Assembly (NCBI GenBank): GCA_001599295.1
Contig: BCGN01000001.1
Coordinates: 2,294,001-2,358,000, forward strand
Length of the DNA: 64,000 nt
Direction: 5' to 3'
From: Sporopachydermia quercuum
Lineage: Eukaryota
Made by a program: the position numbers and the translations under genes. The notes below the pieces were generated by a model. The model had not been told where the DNA came from. It did not search any database and worked only from the letters and a program-made list of their open reading frames with translations. This document shows positions 11,394-25,525 of the stretch, in pieces (position 1 is the first letter of the stretch; the number at the start of each line of letters is the position of its first letter).

Positions 11394-12402
11394 TTGATTT
11401 ATGGGAAATTGAATATATTGCTTTGGCTTTATTAATGGAGGGAACTTTTGGGTTATGTACATTCAAATCCAGAGAGTTGTGGCATATGTTTGAAACTTGT
11501 ATATATGATTCCTTTTCTTCATATTAAAATTTATACAGCATTAAGAAATATTGATGATTTATGGATGAATATTGATCATGAGATTGCAGAATTTGTTGCT
11601 GCGCGATTGTAGGGTGTAACCTGGTGTATATTAATAAGGTATTAATAATATAGGTCAACTAATATACTAACAAACACTGAAAAGGATGATCATGAGGATA
11701 TGCAAATTCTTCTGATATGGATAAGATCATGCAGATTCCGGGTGAAAATTTAGGGATATTGTTATTTAGATTCCGTTTCTTTTACTATTCCTAGATGGTT
11801 GCTTAGTTCATTCTCGTTAAACATGGATACAGCAATTGGATAAATCACATAGAGAATTACGTTGTTGTATTATCCTATGAATTGCTCATAAAACTGAAAG
11901 TATGTATACCGAGATCCTTTGGACCTACTATCATGTCATTTTAATATTAATGAATAAATAAATAATTTTTATTATATAATTATATTTCGGAGTTAAATAC
12001 ATTCAAGACATAAGTATATATCGCAAATATACGGTATCATACATACATTATAATATACAAGATCCTCAAAATTAAACCGTAAGGGTTCATAATTTATAAA
12101 ACCCAAAACTTTGTGAGAAGAAGATAGTATGTTTTTTTTGCTGTTTATTGATGTAAGTCGCGACTTTTTATATATATCAATGTCCATCCGGAAACCTGAA
12201 AACCACCCAATACACCATGTATCGTTGATATCAACTACCTTCTCCCCGCTAACTAAATTTGTTTCCACTTCTATCAGTAGCAGAACGGCTCCTGGAACCA
12301 TCTTTCTATGAATGTTATGATGAGTTACTATGTTCTTCTCCATTTCATATAGTGGTGCTTTTTTTTGTGAGTTCCTAGTCTTTTCCCTTCATGTTGATGT
12401 AT

Positions 12403-14628
12403 TTATATATACCCATCTTCTAATCCAGAGCTAATAAAAGACCGCTTTATAAATAATCTCCATAATCGCTTTAGTTTCTCAATTACTTCGAGCTCAGCAT
12501 TGCCGAATCTGATAGTTTCATGATCAGCTGCTTCTAATTTCTTTATTATCTCTGAGTCCTTTGATGTAATCTCGAAATCTTCTAATGATGTTCCTTCTGG
12601 AAGATCACCAATCTTTATAGGATCAATTCCCAGCTCTTTTAGTTTGGCCTCTAGTTTCAAAGGTAATGATAGACGATTAGCAAACTCTATATAGCTTTTC
12701 ACCGTCAGGTCTGGTAAGGTATAAGGAGCATCATCCGAATTGTACTCAACCTCGTATCTAAATTCAGATTCTCCAGAGTTTACCACAGTGAGATTGCATA
12801 CGTACTGTATGTATTTAGTAGGAGTGAAAGTTTGAGGAACAAAAGCAGGTCCTAGTTTGGTTCCATTAGGCATAATCGTTGGCCAAGATTTATCCTCACC
12901 ACCTCCATTAATGGAACCATCAGAAGAATGAACCAATCCAATTTGAAATGTTTCATCATCAATCAAGTCATCATTAGCATGTTCCTGGGCGTAGAACTCT
13001 TCAAATTCTTCAAAAATGGACTCCCAATCCTTATCATACACGGAAGCCTCTACGGGCTCATTCAATTCGTTCACAAGCATTCTCTCCCATTTGCCAGATT
13101 CGGTATTCTGTCTTCTTGAAATTTTTAGTCCATCTAATCCAGTTGTGTTGTACTCATATATTCTAAATCCAGGTAAATATGTAGGTAAAATACTACTTCC
13201 GACGTTGGAAATAGAATATCTCTCGCCTAGCTTGTCAGACTTTCTTAACTTCATTTTACTATAATAGCTCTTTCTAACATTATTCATATAAGTCAGTTTT
13301 CCAGGCACCTTCTGGGTTGAAACTTCACCATCTTCAGTTTCATAATCGTTGTCAAGATTGTGAAAACCCCCAAAATATTTCAATTTCCTATACTCTTCCT
13401 CATATTCTTGAAAAATGGAGTCTAAATCGATACCATTTTTCATATCATTAATTTCAGGATGATCTTCAAACTCGTTATAAACATATTCTCTGATTTGATC
13501 AGCAGTGTTTTGGTTACCTTCAACTTCTAGTTGTTTGATCAAACTTCTGTAGGCTTTTACAGCGTCTAAAGGAGCAAAGTAATCTGTATTCTGGTGACCA
13601 AATAAGCTGCCAATGACCACGTCCCGATACTCGTATTCCCAAACAGCGAATTTTCGGACACAAGAATAATCATACGTCATTGTCAACGGAACTACATGAC
13701 CAGCCAGCCAGACTTTCATTCCTCTTGCTCTCATTATGTTCAACATTGATCCTAGCCATTCAAACAATTTATATCCTGATGACTTTCTAGAATCACAGTT
13801 ATCAACTAATGGATTAGATTTAAACAAATACAAGGTGTTAACTGAGATCACAGCAAGTTTGTTAGGTATTATAACATTGAAATAACTCACACCTCTTTGA
13901 AAGATATGGAGTTGTTCTTCAGGAATAAAATGTCTCCATATGCGATAAAACTCTCTCGTTTGCAATGTGGGACCTTCTGAGAAGACATTATGAGGAAATA
14001 CATCATTGTTACCGATAGCAGGCACAATAGGTAATTCTAATTCGAAATTATAAGGATCATCGACTCTAAACTGATCAATCAATCTGTTGGCCATAATTTC
14101 GTTCATGTCAAAGATTTTCATCTCTGTTCTAGGATATCGACGATCATTATCATGTCTAATATTATCACCTGTCCAGACAATGAAGTCTATGCTATCTCCG
14201 AGGACATCATGTATCCACTTTATAGTGTTGTCGACAAGTTGAAAAGGTGAATCACAGTCTGACAAAGCAGTACCAAACTTGCCTGCTTCTCCTGATCCGG
14301 AATGGCACTCCTCATCTGGTGATGTCCCTTTCTTGTAGTAAGGGTCAGGATGGAAATCAGTTACATGAAGGAACCTGCCATAAATAGGACGAGGATGTTC
14401 AATTGTTGAGCTGACTACCCTCTTTCTCGATGGTATAAAGGGAGGTGGATTCGAATCTGAGTATTCACGTTCTTCCTCAACCAATTGACTCAATTCAAGT
14501 ATCTTGACTTCGCTTATCCCGAACCAAGACTGCAGAGTAGGATACCCTGGAATTTCAAATCCAGCAACAGTAAAACATAGGAAACAAAAACCGAACAAAT
14601 AATAAATTTTGTTGATTTTATAACTCAT
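12403..14628 (-). CDS. PPN1: Vacuolar endopolyphosphatase
   Basis: N-terminal TM anchor. Metallophosphoesterase motifs GRFLHVTDFHPD, WTGDNIRHDND, GNNDVFPHN and LFGHQNTD, plus PTYLPGFRIYEYN. Confidence 0.95.
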   Translation of the reverse strand: MSYKINKIYYLFGFCFLCFTVAGFEIPGYPTLQSWFGISEVKILELSQLVEEEREYSDSNPPPFIPSRKRVVSSTIEHPRPIYGRFLHVTDFHPDPYYKKGTSPDEECHSGSGEAGKFGTALSDCDSPFQLVDNTIKWIHDVLGDSIDFIVWTGDNIRHDNDRRYPRTEMKIFDMNEIMANRLIDQFRVDDPYNFELELPIVPAIGNNDVFPHNVFSEGPTLQTREFYRIWRHFIPEEQLHIFQRGVSYFNVIIPNKLAVISVNTLYLFKSNPLVDNCDSRKSSGYKLFEWLGSMLNIMRARGMKVWLAGHVVPLTMTYDYSCVRKFAVWEYEYRDVVIGSLFGHQNTDYFAPLDAVKAYRSLIKQLEVEGNQNTADQIREYVYNEFEDHPEINDMKNGIDLDSIFQEYEEEYRKLKYFGGFHNLDNDYETEDGEVSTQKVPGKLTYMNNVRKSYYSKMKLRKSDKLGERYSISNVGSSILPTYLPGFRIYEYNTTGLDGLKISRRQNTESGKWERMLVNELNEPVEASVYDKDWESIFEEFEEFYAQEHANDDLIDDETFQIGLVHSSDGSINGGGEDKSWPTIMPNGTKLGPAFVPQTFTPTKYIQYVCNLTVVNSGESEFRYEVEYNSDDAPYTLPDLTVKSYIEFANRLSLPLKLEAKLKELGIDPIKIGDLPEGTSLEDFEITSKDSEIIKKLEAADHETIRFGNAELEVIEKLKRLWRLFIKRSFISSGLEDGYI

Positions 14629-17600
14629 TTCTGAGAGCTGAAATGTATAATCTTTCGGGGTTCTCTATAACCATGTATTTCACAAGACCTAATAGTATGT
14701 ATCTTAACCCTCTTGTACCTATTTGCTTCTCCTATGAATGAACTAAATCAGTCTTCAATTTGTTATTATTAGCTTCCTACTTCCGCTATGATAAAGAACC
14801 CTTTTCAATTACAATTAAATCTATTACTTAGACTCCTGGTATGCTATATTCCATTCAATTTTTCTATAGGCTTGTTATTGGCTTGTGGTGCGCAACAATA
14901 TCAGTAGAAAAGGAGGCTCGATGTTTGATTTGTACCGCCTTTGGCAATCGTAGGGACTAAGGGAGATAACGCTCTCATCATCTTTTCCGGATTTGATCCA
15001 GTAGAGTTTAAATTTTAATGATTAGCTGGAATTGTGTAGCATAAAATATATTAAAGTTGTATGTACATAAAGCTTTTTATGCAGAGTGCTGTGTCTCCGA
15101 GAAACTAGGTGAGAAGTTTAACCTTCGAAATGGAGATAAGAACAGGAGTAAATCATAAAGTAGCTATATACAAGGAATTATTTGATATATGAATGAGTGG
15201 AAGCTAGAAATTAAAATATCAAGAGGTGTGAAAACTTACGAGAAAGTACTGACAGTAGAGCAGTAAAGGATTTCTATGGCTCTCTGCTAAGAATTATTGA
15301 GTGTGAAGTAAAATATTAGTTAACTGTCTAGTGAATAAGCTCTAGCCCAGCAAATCTAGCTTCTAGGTAGTTTAGATGATGCAAACTATTATCATTGTAC
15401 CGTAACCAAAAGAAACATCGAACTTATCCTTGGATTCTTTATGTTGTCAGCAAAATAATGAAAATACTAAGTATGAAAATGAAATAAAATTCATTAGGTG
15501 AAACAGAGATTCAATACCCCTTTTATCTCAATTCTTACTTGCTCTGTCTCAGTTATAGTAAAGCACTTTATTTACATTTAATAAGAAAGCATAATTCTTT
15601 CACATGCCTTTCTGCCCACAAAATTACAGAATTTTAGCGTTATATATGCAACTTATATATACAAGTTAAATAGACAAGTTACTGTATAAAATTATTTTTA
15701 AATCTAACCTCCTGAAGAAAATCACAGTAATCGAACATTTGGAGAAGGAATTTAGACTATTTATCCTCATTCAGTTTCTTGATGAACATCGCTTTAAACT
15801 TTGACCTCGATCTAATTTAGCTCTAAGTTTGTCTGCAAATCGATGCATATGAAGCTTATATGCATAAAAAGGATTCAACTTCCAAATCTTAAAGTCATCG
15901 TTTCTCAAGAGAAATCAGTGAAATGTTAAGAGCATATGTATTTATATACGTAGTGTTTGTTTGAAATACAGAAATAAAATAATCATACACAACTAGGAAA
16001 AATATACACTAGACCCTGGAACAAGGCCTCACTCAGTATTGATTCAACCCATCGGTAGGGAACGGGCCTTACAAACGAAAGTTTCAGTTCATAACCTTGA
16101 GTTTCACAGCATTGACTAGACAACCCATTTGAAATATTCATTATGATCCGAATCAACAGTTTTTGATCTGGACCTTCCAGGTCTGATTATGTTTTTCCTA
16201 GAATTCGGTCAACTACATTACAATCGCTCATTATTTGTCAAAACTTGACTCCTAAAACTCGTTTGCTTAATTACTCACAGACTTCTTTTCTTGATAATGT
16301 ATATACTCAATTTAAATCAATCAAGCAAATTAATTCAAAACCATCCCAATGCGACGGTCTAGTTCAAATAAAATGGAACTTCTTGAGTCATTGCTTTCTT
16401 TTATCTAGAACAGCAGAGCCTGCGCATCTAATGCACTCAATGATTTCGTAAATGCTATCGTTAAAGTGTTATTCTTGTACAATAATGAGTCTCATTGATT
16501 CATCAATTTATTTATTAGATTTCAAAGACATTGCAAAATCCTTTTAACCCATTATCGGTATCTGATTCATTAAGAATCCGAAATCCTAGAAGTGAACTTG
16601 TACAAAGGTAATGATCTTTTGCAAATGTGGACAAGCGCTTTTCCCCAAAGTATCAAAGAAGACCTTCTTTTTACAAACAAACCATAAATTCGGTAATCTT
16701 TTTAGTCCTCACCAGTGGGAACTAAAATAGAGTATCGTGATCCACAACATCTTATTAAGGTTAGTTGAAAGCTTCATTTTCAGAAAGTTTGAAACCTTAA
16801 GTGGCACAAATGAATGGAAGGACTGACGCAAGTGGAAGTTTACTCTGTGGAGCAATTGGAAGATAGGGAGCGAGTGAATGATATCGCTTTCAATCTAATA
16901 GTAAGAATATTATAGCATTATATATAACTATTCGATTTTGGAAGCAAGAGCCAAAATAAATTGTCAGAATAGCACAGTGTGTCAACTTCAGCTCGATAAG
17001 CCAAGATTGATTGGTAAAGTGTAGATGTTGCTGTTGTAAATAATATGGTACGGTACGGGCGTAGAGGAAGACGCCGTACGAAATAGTAACAAGAGTGGTC
17101 CGAAACTTCTATATAATAATTTACTGTGAGCGTTTGCTTGCAGAATTATGAAAATCGAAAGAAATTCAAACAATCAGAATTAATTCATTCTGCATTGGTG
17201 GATGAAACTTCCACAACTTAAAAGCTCAGAATACTCGAAAAGATCGGTATAGAACCAAGTTTGGAATTTTGCGATTGAATAGTTCAATTGTCAGACCAAC
17301 TCTCGAGGTGATCACCGCTTTATTGTAGCCGTGAGAACATTAGGCTTTGATCAGAGTATCTGTAGGTACGTACTACAGCAATTTGGGTAATCGAAATCCG
17401 AACCAATCAACAAATCAACCCCTGCCACTGATCCAAATTTCCTGTTCACAATTGAAAATCATGAAGAAAGAAGTAACCCTGAAAAGGACTAAATTACCTA
17501 CTTCGTATCAGTGTACTGAAAACTTTAACTTTCTTCATCATCCACTATTTCAGTAAGTACTCCAGTAATGATGAACTATGAGAGTGGTTAATGCATTTGT

Positions 17601-20600
17601 AATGTAAAACCCAATCCACCAAGAGCCAGTTGCATTGGTCCAGCTACATACCAACCCAAGATTCTGAGCCATTATTTTTATCTATTTGATCCCAAAACTT
17701 CACATGTAAGACATTAGATGTGGTCTAGGTTTTTTTTAAGACATAGATAGCTTCTTTCAAAATTTACGGCTTGACTACTTCAGAAAGCAGAATGTAGGTT
17801 ATATGCAGCCTAATATATAATTGGAAGGAGAAAACATTATAATTTCAAATTGAATCAAGAAGTAACACACAAAATCCCAACTTAAAAGTAAGCTTTCAAA
17901 GTTAAACTTAACTAATTACTTAAAACAGAGGTTCAATATGCATTGTAATGTTCCATAAGAGAACAAAAGTGGAAATCGATTGATGTAATTGTATCTGATA
18001 TGCAATTGGTGCTTATTCGTTTTTATGGAAGAGTTTGATGTCACCAGATATAATTCGAAGGATTTGAATGTAGTCATTCCTCGTCATTTCGGCTAGATAA
18101 TTACGGAAATGATGACTTCTTGAGCTGCAGTTCCGTATAAAATCTGATGTATTAATTTGTTATTTTCATCAATATGCTGAAAGATTACAGATGGGTGTAA
18201 CAATTGTAATAAAGTTTCTATCTCGAATTTTAATAATAATATGTTAAGTTCATACCTTATGTAGGATGAACAGGAAACTACATGAAGTTACATATTATCA
18301 GGATGATGTTATCAGATAATATATGCAATATTAGGTTAAGGTTGAATCTACGTGCATGAAAAGTTATAAAGTCTAAATGATGGAATAAAGATACACCCAA
18401 ATGTGTTGAAGATATGATTATCATTCATTATATAACAAGAAAGAAGAAAGATGATAACACAAAAGTAGTATCTGTGGCTAGAGAAAGATCTATAGTATTC
18501 TATTGATCATGTTAGTCCAGACAAGAAAGTATTCAAATAGGAGGAAGTGGTTGTAAAGCGATTGAAAGGACTCTAAATTTTATATAGCTAAAAGACTAAT
18601 ACAGAAACTAAGGCTTTATTTTATATTTGTATACAAATTATTAAACTTAGAATTATTAAGGACAACGTCTCCTCAGTAGTACAATGGGATTGATTCATTA
18701 ATGAAAGATGCTTGCTGCTATAATACGAGATAGCATTCCAATAGTATCCTTGCTTTTTTTTTTTATTTTTATGCACCTTTTGTTTCATAATCCAAGGTGG
18801 TTATTTTATCCTAATTTCTCCTGATCGCGTTGTTTTCTCTTCCGTTGAGGAGAAAAAAACGCAAAGGAAAAAAACAGTAACAACTTTATATGTACACTGT
18901 TTGCTTACTTCAGCGGATTATGCAAGTGAATTATGTAAAACCACTGCTTTGATTGCACCTTCTTTCGTTTTCCAGGAAAAGAATGCACTTGAAGCCTAAT
19001 GAGCCAACAACAAAATACTAAACGTTTTGTAGGGAACCTCAAATTCAAGCATCGAGCCAGGTTTCTGGTGGTAACCATTGATTGATAGTCGCACGCTCTG
19101 ATGAATATTTTCCTCATCCTACTTTTGGATTTGCGGAATACCCATCCTATTGTTTTGTTGACGATATCTTATGCCCATATGTTTTAACGTGAGTCAATGA
19201 AGTTTAAGTCCTATGCGAACTAAAACAGATAATCCAAGAATGGAAGGAAGGGTATCAATCATAGAGATAGGTGTTCAACAGTTAAGAACTTGAGACTAAT
19301 TAAATCGTGTAACACTGGTTTACTACACGCAATACAAGATAACGAGGGAGGTAGCTGGAGAAAGGAGCGAAAACCCCTCAGAATTTCAAGGGGTAATTAC
19401 TCCTGCGGATAGTAAAAACAAAGAACAAACAAACAGAAGCAGGAGAGATGGAAACGTAATCCACTACAAAAAGAAATAGCAAGGGGGTCCTGCTAAGTTT
19501 GAAAGCAAACTTATATACATTGATGGAAATGTTAGCATTAACAGAGAATCTATTTACTAAGAAAAAGAGGTACTTTTTTGAGAAAGAAGAATGTGAACAA
19601 GAAGAACTCTCCAAAATAATTCCCCACGGTTTTATTCTACCATCATCAGATCTTTTTCTCATTGTAGATTAATTTATTCAATTTCAATTTGATCTCACCT
19701 GTCTGAAATGGTATGCTCAAAGGTACCAAAATCATTTATCATGCGAATACTATCATAAATAATGTACATAACCATATACGAAACTCTGTTTCGATCCATA
19801 ATGCATCCCAGAGATTTGACTCTATCATCATCAGTGATTTACATTTGTTTTCCACTTAGTTCATGCATGCCTCTGTGCATAGAAGAAAATGACAAAAGTT
19901 TAAACAGTCGAGAAAAATGATGAAATCCCAAACAATCCAATCCAAACAATAGTCTGGTTTCTCATCTTCTGTTCTCCTGCTTTGAAAAAAAGAAAAAAGT
20001 TATTGAAGTTGATTGTAGGAGACCTTATCATCATCAATCGTCAATAATCATTAATCAATGTTTTAATCATATTTCTACAAGAGTGATAACCGAATAATAG
20101 GTACTTCGTTCTTGTCTCGTCATGATATGATGAACATCATGCATGTTTCAACAGGCCAACCGTTGTTTATTTATATGTGCGTATTTTCTTTCGTAAGCCT
20201 TAGTTTTTAAGACTTCCCCTTCTCACGCGTGCTTTATGCGTCTTCTAAGTTGACAATGGTTTATAACTAACAGCAATTTACTTCTTGGAAAACAAGCGAA
20301 TGCAAGACTAATAAGAAAATTAATAATAACATACAAGAATCGCAAGATTGAAGTTAAAACTAACTTTGTTAGGAAAGATATCGTATACAATATCAGCATT
20401 TGGACTCGCAAGGGGTCTGACTTTAATGCCATTCTTGTTCATTCTCGTTCGCGTCAAGAACTGCCGTATACGTCAAGCATACGTCAATCAAACATTTTGC
20501 TAACTATACCAACATGTCACTAGATTACTTGGACTGGCTTACTTTAGAACTCATCCCTTTAGACAAGTTAAAATGGGAATCTAGCGAACAAGAAATTTAT

Positions 20601-21771
20601 ACGATATAAGACATCACATTACCTAATACTTAAAAGAGTTGAGGAAAACGATCAAATTATTTATTGAGATCAGAAATTGTATATTTTGATAATACAGCTG
20701 ACTTCTTGCTACTAAAGAATGTAAGCCATCCAAGTTTATTATCGTCTCACTCTACTGTGGATTCTTTCGCTTTGCTATTCTTTCTACCCAGATTTAAAAC
20801 TGGCTTTGAAATAGGTCCTAAGTGGGTTTGATATTTTAGTATAATGAAATATATTTGAAGTTCAAACAGAAGTTTAATTATTACCCAAAATTCATTCTAC
20901 TCTTAATAAAGTTACTGCTGTACGGAGAACGTTATTTTATATTTTAACCTGAAACTTATCAATCTAACTCTATTCATCCTTCAACATTTAGCACTGTTTT
21001 GCATGGTAGTCAATTCAACCAAAACCACCACTTTCAACCTACGACAGATCAATGTAATGACATTCTTGTTAAGGAATAAGATAAGCCCCTTGAGTTTATA
21101 CTTAGTAAAATATTATATCGTCTCGTACATAGTAACTATAATTGATTTTTTTGTTTTACGTACAGCCTTCTATTTATTTGTATTGCGAACAGTAGTAGAA
21201 TTACTGTTTACCTTTACGTCAAGAGGTAAAGAAGAGAGTCTAAGAGAGTTGGGGATATCTCATCTTTTCATCTACACCAAGGAAGAACCCTTTTCTTTTT
21301 CTACGTTTGATTTTCCTTTCTTCTTTTTCGTTTTCCGTTTTTCGTTTTCCATCAAGACTTTATCGAAACTTAGAGAGTTTATCGAGCTTTTATATACGCC
21401 AAAGAGCAGCTATTTTGCTTTATGTTTATGAAGTTCCATGATCTACTTCATCATTCAGAGATAACTATCATTAGTTGAGAAAAGGAAAAAACATAGAACT
21501 CACTATACCAGCGTAAAGTCATAGAAATTGCATAGTTAGAAAATTGACAACCAACAATCAACGAAAAACTTCTGAACACTTCATTTCTACCATTTATATA
21601 TTCAGCCAAAGATTCAAATGATAATAGGAAAGAAACTTTTAAACTCTACGTTAGACAGTTACAAATGTTATGCCGTTGTCCTATCTATTCGTGCTAGAAC
21701 TATATTTTAATAATTAGTTTAATAGGCATTGCTATCAAGTCAGATATAGAGACGTTCTGCATACTCTCAAA

Positions 21772-22276
21772 ATGGACGAGAGAAACAACCTAACCAGCAA
21801 TATCTCTGACATTCATATCAATGAATCAAACCATCCTACCTTAACCCTGCCATCACTATCAATGGCCCTCAATGGGTCACCATCAACAGTACAAATGTAT
21901 TCACCTAGAGATCCTTTCCCCACAGCTTCTGGAACTACGACAGCTAATGACCCAGGGATAAGAAGAATAAATCTTGGGCCAGCTCCTCTAAACAATCCAC
22001 AACTCTCACTGCCTGTACCTATATCACCACAGATAACATCTATGCATCAATCACCCACATCAGCTCTGCCAGATTTGAACAATTCCAGCATAACTCAACC
22101 ACCTACTATGCCGATTCATCTGACGTTTATTCCACGAGATAATCCTCTGATCCAACAATCTGTTATTCCCCTGCCTCCGTTTCATGTGAACGCTAGTTTA
22201 GCAGGACGAGGAATTTTCGGCAACACTGTCCCTCTACTTCGCGAGAATCATTCAATAAATCCACAGCAACAACAGC

Positions 22277-22326
<50 letters not shown>

Positions 22327-23601
22327 ATGTATCAAATAAAGCTAGGAGAAAATGAATCAAAACCGGAACCCCAAGGGAGGAATAAAAAAAAAAAAGTCAG
22401 TCACGAGGCAGAATCATCTAACGCGGACTCTTCTAACGTCATAACTAACCGCGATGAGATACCAATTTTCAAGTCTGCACAAGAAATAAGAAAACATCTG
22501 CAAAGCCATTATTTTGGATTGGAAGTAATACAACAGCCCAAACAATGCAAAATAACGTCCGCGGTTGATAAAGGTGGACTATCCGGTCGACGGACCATTG
22601 CTCCTCCACCAGTAGTGAAACTAGTTTTAACTAGGAGTACAGGAGAATCAGAAAACGTTTGGAAAGAAGTAAAATCTTTACCAAACTGGGTTTTGATGAG
22701 TGAATTTATAGTCACAGCAAAATACAGGAAAGCCGATCCAGATGGGCTCAAATCAACCACAGCTCACCGAGAATCGAATGGCAAAGGTGCTAGTGCGAAC
22801 AGAAAACATCAATCTGATCCTGCTATCAATTCCTGCCATTCTGATGTGAGCTCTTTGATAGGAGTTAGAGTATCTTCTTGCTACAAGATTCAGCGAAATG
22901 GAAATTTGGAATTAATTTTTGTATTTGGAGATTTAAGTATGTTAAGCTTGGGGTCTTTCCAACTTGAATTTGACTTAATTGAAATTCGCAATAATCAAGC
23001 AAGAAGAAGAGCTGCTACATTATCTCAACCATTTCAAGTTTACGCTGCTAAACGCTATCCCGGATCATTACCATCGACATCCTTAATTCGTCTTATCAGT
23101 AACCAAGGAGTGAGAGTTCGATTGAGAAAAGAAACCCCGAGGAAATCCAATAATGCAAATCTCTCAGATGGAATTGCTTCTCCTCCTCCTTCAGTAACTG
23201 AAAGTGCAAAGGATCAAAAATCGCAACTGAATCATCCAGTTGATAGACGTGTGAAAGAAAGATTTCAAGATGTTACCGTGAATCCTAATATCTCTCCATC
23301 TTGCGGCTGCACAGCATCTCAGATTTCTACGACTCCCCAGCATCTACCTACGGACAGATCATATATTTTAGGAACAAAAGATATTTCCCATAATCGTATG
23401 GCAGAAATTAGGGCAAATTCAGTTGGAACAAATTTATTGAATGTTCAGTATCAACAACATCAACTCCCAACACAGAATCCATTAATTCTCCCACCACTTC
23501 ATGAAGTGACTTCAGGTAGTGATCCACGCAATCACCAGAACTTTGCTCCAATCAACAATTACTCTTATCCGCTTAAAAGTTCTGATTACACAACGAAGTG
23601 A
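21772..23601 (+). CDS. Velvet-domain transcription regulator
   Basis: LEVIQQP..RRTIAPPPVVKL and FVFGDLS..GSFQLEFDL..SQPFQVYAAKRYPGSLPSTSL..ISNQGVRVRLR match the two halves of the velvet domain (~22507-23133). The flanks are Pro-rich and polyQ, and there is a basic NLS-like RNKKKK. Confidence 0.88.
22264..22326 (+). repeat. (CAA/CAG)21 microsatellite encoding Q21
   Basis: Directly visible in the sequence. Confidence 0.97.
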
Positions 23602-25525
23602 AAGAATAATTAATGACAAATGATTTCACGTTACTTTTACTATTGTTTTTTGGTTGTACTGACTGTGCGTTTACTTACCGTATTATATACTACGCTGTTA
23701 ATGGTCGTGATCCCTCTACCATCGCTTTTGTTACTTGCTTACTCCTTGCAAATTTGAAGTTCAATTATTCTTTTATTCTCATAAATATATATTATATATT
23801 TTCATCAGCTTAATCTGGTACCACCATTAAATGATTTATAGCGGGTATATTCGTATCACAAGACTCGTAATTGATCCATCTGTCGATTTAATTTTTCATT
23901 GCTTTGATGAGTGAAGATTTTACCAAATAAAACAAAAATAATTATCCTGTCCGCTTATCATTATCGGAGACTGTCCGGTCGAGTTCTAGACCAGACCAAA
24001 AACAAAAGCCAATAAGACACCACCTATGATCGCCAGTATGATATTTACCCTCTGGGAAAGCGAAAATCAATCAATTGAAGAGAAATTTAGCAGGATAGAT
24101 ATAATAATATAGCACGTAGCCTCATACCAGTTGAAAAATTGTGACAATTGTGGTAAGAGGAAGAGTGATTACTCACCAGAATGAGCTCTCAGGATATGAA
24201 AACGAAAAGCCGATAGGTTTATTTTGGGAATCAATGAAAAAGGGCACCTATTGAAAAATTTGTAAGCCTATATTTATTTTTATCAAATGGTAAAAGTGCG
24301 ATGGGAAAAATAATATCAATATGTTGATAGAGTATTTCTGTTGAGAATGCCCTTAATGAGGGCCATATGGAGCACTTCTGACAGTCTCAAGTAACCTATC
24401 GAACACTTACTTTAGCAGCAGGAAACCTTTTGCAGTTCTCAAAGTAGGAAAAGCTACTTTTGGCAACTACAAACTTGCCGAAACCAAAATAGCTTTTTTA
24501 TTGGAGTTTATCCTTCAAATCGCTCCTTTGATGGACCAGAAGTGCGTTTATCGTTAAATGGGTATTATTAAATGAAAATTTCCTATAAGGGTATAGTTAT
24601 TGAGTTTCCGGATAGGCTAATTTAAACCACTTTCGGACAGATATTAGTGGATTCAACTTTTTTCCTTCTTTTTCTGAAGATGCCATGAATGTCACGTAAA
24701 CAGTGCAATTATTGGGAGCAAAAAAAACATACCAAAGCAATGGTATAAGAAATAAGGTCAACCATGTAATCCCAGTTTTGAAAAGATTACTGTCAATTGA
24801 TTCCCGTTCAATTCTTTGATATATTATCTTTCTCCAAACTTTTTTGAAGTATCTATGTTTCATAATGCATGATTAACTCATGAAAAGATTTTATACTTTG
24901 AAACTATATGATAATCGGGACAATTTGGCAATATGCATATAAATGTCCGGTTATTCAGATCTGAAAGTATTTTCACATGGAATAGTCAAATGTCAACATA
25001 GTTTCAGAGATAAATTGTATGGTGCAACTCATATTATTATGAATGCATTTCATTCATTCAAGAGAATGAATGAAATACGTTTGCATATTTGTTGTGTTTT
25101 TACCTACTGGACAACAAATATGAAAATGTGTTCGTTACCGGGACAGAAATCAACAATGGATCCTGATCCATTTCTATGATGAATTTAAGTATCTTATTTA
25201 CTCCTACATAACTCTTCTTTTCCTTTTATTTCTGTTGAAGTTATTCAAATCTGGCTTTTTATTCGTTTCTTCTAATGAAATAATTACAAATAAATCATTG
25301 TTTGACATTCTTTTATGCAACACTTTCTATCAGATATTATCCGACCCATTTAGTTGTTTGGTCTGTCTCTCATTTGTCTGATTTGCAAGGATTTCATAAC
25401 ACTTGATTTACCAACTTCTGTCTCTCCTTACTTTTTCAAATCAAGTCAAATCAACCGAAAATAAAAGTTCTTAGAATAATTGAACTTTTGTTTAACTCAG
25501 TCATTCATTTATATACCAATTCAAA

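Noticed and set aside
11993..12343. 116-aa minus-strand ORF after PPN1
   Set aside because: No motif, and it runs through AT-rich terminator-like sequence. Probably 3'UTR.
18109..18180. ATGATGA..CTGA..CTGA, resembling a box C/D snoRNA
   Set aside because: Only gapped, patchy complementarity to recalled 18S rRNA and no clear C' box or terminal stem. Such boxes arise by chance in AT-rich DNA.
21003..21431. 142-aa hydrophobic ORF upstream of the velvet gene
   Set aside because: The Phe-rich content comes from T-rich promoter or leader sequence and has no motif. A uORF role is not excluded.
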